27,607 nt of DNA from a virus. Taxonomy: Duplodnaviria > Caudoviricetes. Shown one piece after another: positions 24,990 through 27,607 of this stretch. Each line of letters opens with the position of its first letter. Within the stretch, counting starts at the first letter, position 1. The notes beneath the pieces are model-generated. The model was not told the origin of the DNA. It saw only the letters and a program-made list of their open reading frames with translations, and did not search any database. Location: positions 1 through 27,607 of IMG/VR virus record IMGVR_UViG_3300033562_000623; one strand, given 5' to 3'. The position numbers and the translations under genes were made by a program.

Positions 24990-25190
24990 CTATTTGCTAG
25001 TTTTCTTGGTTAGAGTATCAGCTACGATTGTTGCTATAATTTGTTTCTTGCTTCCAGGATTAACCTCTTCAGCATTGTTCAAAACGCTAACAACATCCTT
25101 CGTCCCCTGAAAAATCCTTCCCACAAAAAAAGCTCCCGCCATAATTAACCCTGTAGCAATCACTTTCTTAAATCCGTCTTCTCTTTTCAT
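24990..25190 (-). CDS. Small single-TM protein
   Basis: VIATGLIMAGAFFVG; AGGAGG SD. Confidence 0.75.
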   Translation of the reverse strand: MKREDGFKKVIATGLIMAGAFFVGRIFQGTKDVVSVLNNAEEVNPGSKKQIIATIVADTLTKKTSK

Positions 25191-25202
25191 ATTAAAATCC
25201 TC

Positions 25203-25406
25203 CTAATCAATTTTTATTTTTAATTTAATATACTTCTTTTTTGGTAACTTATCAATATCTCCTAGACATACATCATAATGATCACACGTATCACTTGATT
25301 TAGTATCAACGGCCAATGTGCCATATGTGCATCTTTTCTTTTCCATGAGAATATCTACAATCGTCTGAACTATACATCCCATTAAGTAACATAAAAAATA
25401 AGTCAT
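25203..25406 (-). CDS. Small hypothetical protein with hydrophobic N-terminus
   Basis: 67 aa; AAGGAGGT SD. Confidence 0.72.
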   Translation of the reverse strand: MTYFLCYLMGCIVQTIVDILMEKKRCTYGTLAVDTKSSDTCDHYDVCLGDIDKLPKKKYIKLKIKID

Positions 25407-25418
25407 ATTACCTCCTTT

Positions 25419-25448
25419 AAAAACCTAGAGAGGCTGTTACGCCCCTCC
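25419..25448 (-). terminator. Probable intrinsic terminator
   Basis: GGAGGGGC-GTAACA-GCCTCTCT then AGGTTTTT. Confidence 0.55.
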
Positions 25449-25457
25449 GTTTATTTG

Positions 25458-25715
25458 TTACATAAAAAATCCATGAATATCTTTACCGCTTAATATTCGT
25501 CCCATTAGATCATCCATGGCTGCTATATCTCTGATAACATCAGGCATCTCATCTGCTTTTCTCTGTTTTTCATACTTGACTGTTTTAGTGTTTTCCAATT
25601 CCTTGACTTCACTATCAATAGCCAATAAATACTCATCCAGATTAGCAAATAACTCGTTACCTTTTCTTAACATTGTTACTCCATCCACGTTTACCCATTG
25701 CAACTTATTACTCAT
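25458..25715 (-). CDS. Hypothetical protein
   Basis: 85 aa; conserved TTATAGGAGGAATTTATTATG leader. Confidence 0.78.
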   Translation of the reverse strand: MSNKLQWVNVDGVTMLRKGNELFANLDEYLLAIDSEVKELENTKTVKYEKQRKADEMPDVIRDIAAMDDLMGRILSGKDIHGFFM

Positions 25716-25749
25716 AATAAATTCCTCCTATAAATTTGTTTTATTGTTC

Positions 25750-25776
25750 CATTATAGAAACTGTAGATCTCGCGGA
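25750..25776 (-). promoter_or_regulatory. Conserved 27-bp phage promoter-like element, copy 4
   Basis: TCCGCGAGATCTACAGTTTCTATAATG. Confidence 0.68.
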
Positions 25777-25784
25777 GTAAAACA

Positions 25785-25964
25785 CTACTCTTTTACTTGG
25801 ACAATATATTTTGGGGAGTGTTTATTAGTATAGTTTTTTGTAGATAGATCCTCACAATCAGTGGTGAAGAAAAATCCGGTAGTTATAGAATCATTTATGA
25901 GCTTTTTAGCCTTATTTTTGGGAATATACAGGCCAGTCTCCGTATCAAATATTTTTATTATCAC
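25785..25964 (-). CDS. Hypothetical protein (59 aa)
   Basis: Not in the ORF track: GTG start after GAGGA, MIIKIFDTETGLYIPKNKAKK...IVQVKE; fills the gap between flanking features. Confidence 0.55.
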   Translation of the reverse strand: MIIKIFDTETGLYIPKNKAKKLINDSITTGFFFTTDCEDLSTKNYTNKHSPKYIVQVKE

Positions 25965-25969
25965 GGGTA

Positions 25970-26359
25970 TTAATCCTCGTCATATACGAAATGTATAGCA
26001 CTCATATTGGCGTCCATAGGTATGTTCAATAATGCGGATACGTCTTCTCCAAATTCACCCATGCTTTGCAGCGTAGCTCCATTAGATATAAATTCATTTG
26101 GGGCGTCGTCAGGGGTCTCCCTATAGGCTCCACTAAGTATTAAACCGTTATGTCCTAAATACTTAGTATCTGCTTCTGAACACTTATTACCTAGCTTTGT
26201 ATCAATCTTTTTTCCTACAGATCTACTATTAGAATATGCCACGCCAGAAACAGCACCAATGATCAACACACCAAGACCGAGCTGAATGATTGATTCTGAA
26301 TGGTTGTTCCAGAATCTTTTTGCCTTTTGTTTTAATGATAATTTTTCTTCTTTAATCAT
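25970..26359 (-). CDS. Single-TM hypothetical protein
   Basis: KRFWNNHSESIIQLGLGVLIIGAVSGVAY. Confidence 0.75.
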   Translation of the reverse strand: MIKEEKLSLKQKAKRFWNNHSESIIQLGLGVLIIGAVSGVAYSNSRSVGKKIDTKLGNKCSEADTKYLGHNGLILSGAYRETPDDAPNEFISNGATLQSMGEFGEDVSALLNIPMDANMSAIHFVYDED

Positions 26360-26544
26360 TTTAAAGTACCTCCTTTTTCTTTTATTGATTTACCAGTTTT
26401 AAGTTTACCGCATTTAGTACATTTCCAGGTGTGCACAGTCATAAGATGGCTCGAAGAGTTACAAATATCTAGGCGGGTCTGATAGATACGGTACCTATGC
26501 TTGCACGGTTTCAATCTGCAAAATATCTTCTTGATTAGTTTCAT
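26356..26544 (-). CDS. Small zinc-ribbon-like protein
   Basis: CKH...WKCTKCGK; AAGGAGGAG SD. Confidence 0.7.
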   Translation of the reverse strand: MKLIKKIFCRLKPCKHRYRIYQTRLDICNSSSHLMTVHTWKCTKCGKLKTGKSIKEKGGTLK

Positions 26545-27538
26545 GATTCTCCTCCTTTTTACTTAACAATTTAAATTCATCAATAATAAGCAATAGCGCC
26601 CCAAAGAAACTATCTATTATTTTTATTGAGTCTGATATGGAATTGGTTAGTTCTAAATCTGTTCCGGCATAATGCTTGTACACCTCGTCATCAATTCTTA
26701 CCGTCATTGATTGCATTAATTGGGGTAGACTTACTGGTCCCGAAGAAATATTAAATTTTGAAAATATATTAGCTACAATCTCAGCCTCGACATTGGCTAC
26801 CCAAGGCCTAATAATTCTCTTATCTCCATGAGAATCTCGATACAGGTTAGATTTTTGAATAAGATAATGCTTACCATCTTTCCCAACGGCCTCTACTCTA
26901 AGACCAACGGCACTGACTTTTTCAGTATCAGGCTTCTTATCAATTGCTAGCAATAATCTCATACTATCAATATCTGGTTTAAGAAGTAGCACGTTCTTAA
27001 ATTTTTCTATATCGGAGTTTAATAGAAATACCTCATAAGCATCATTATTGGTTCCTTCAAGCACACCCCAGTCGCATATTGCCAATCGAAGATCCCTCAT
27101 AATGTTAGATAACGAGCCTGGATATTCTATATTGTTATTATAAATTAGGTGTACAATCCTTTTATCCACCACGACAGTAGACATTAAATCCACAGAATAT
27201 ACATTTAGAAATAGATCTAGTAGCTCCCCAGCAGGTTCTCCTGACACCCACCTAATAAAGGATACATTCTTTGAACGATTATCCTCAGATACAAAACTAA
27301 ACCCGAAACATATTGTAGTTTGATCTTCATTATTAGCCCAGTCTACACCAACTATCATATCTGTTGATCCCTCCACTATGTTTCCCAAATTTCGAGCATA
27401 GTTAATTGCATGATTATCTTTGTTTACACCCCAGCACATACCAACCTTGTCTCCTTTTTTAGAGACCTTCTTTTTAGGATCCCCAGCTAGGCACACCTCC
27501 TTAGCAGTCATAGCGTACACCTCATTAATACTTTTCAT
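26495..27538 (-). CDS. Hypothetical protein
   Basis: Long ORF; start moved to MKSINE (27538), which follows AAGGAGG. No family recognised. Confidence 0.7.
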   Translation of the reverse strand: MKSINEVYAMTAKEVCLAGDPKKKVSKKGDKVGMCWGVNKDNHAINYARNLGNIVEGSTDMIVGVDWANNEDQTTICFGFSFVSEDNRSKNVSFIRWVSGEPAGELLDLFLNVYSVDLMSTVVVDKRIVHLIYNNNIEYPGSLSNIMRDLRLAICDWGVLEGTNNDAYEVFLLNSDIEKFKNVLLLKPDIDSMRLLLAIDKKPDTEKVSAVGLRVEAVGKDGKHYLIQKSNLYRDSHGDKRIIRPWVANVEAEIVANIFSKFNISSGPVSLPQLMQSMTVRIDDEVYKHYAGTDLELTNSISDSIKIIDSFFGALLLIIDEFKLLSKKEENHETNQEDILQIETVQA

Positions 27539-27607
27539 AATAAATCCTCCTTTTCCAGGCACGATAAATCTTTCTACCTAACATTCCGGCACATAAAATC
27601 GCCACAC

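Noticed and set aside
11-25833. All + strand ORFs in the track
   Set aside because: Nearly all are antisense shadows of well-supported minus-strand genes; they lack convincing SD sites and show no recognisable motifs.

Overview
This window is a 27.6 kb, AT-rich piece of a tailed dsDNA phage genome, and every credible gene lies on the minus strand. Read in the direction of transcription (high to low coordinate), it runs: a block of small and membrane-anchored early genes (two DUF6353-like paralogues and a SleB-like hydrolase), a 1383-aa fused helicase-primase-exonuclease-family B polymerase, an SSB-like protein, an SF2 helicase, accessory genes including a DUF5664-like dNTP diphosphohydrolase, an iteron/AT-rich origin candidate, VRR-NUC and PD-(D/E)XK nucleases, a 905-aa protein, a probable cos junction, a structured non-coding RNA, and the packaging module (TerS candidate, HNH, SH3 protein, TerL). 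From recollection, this gene order resembles the siphophage group that includes Rhodococcus Pepy6/Poco6 and Streptomyces BI-type phages. The SleB gene, strong SD sites and low GC suggest a Bacillota host (inference). The main discovery candidate is a self-contained phage transcription system. The 905-aa protein carries the ordered catalytic motifs of single-chain two-barrel (YonO/QDE-1-like) RNA polymerases, fused to three HTH-like motifs and an N-terminal tag shared with packaging-region proteins. Four gapless 27-bp non-sigma70 promoter-like elements could be its targets. A roughly 163-nt multibranch RNA next to cos displays anti-Shine-Dalgarno loops complementary to the conserved leader of the early cassettes. 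All family calls come from motif recognition by eye; no searches were run.
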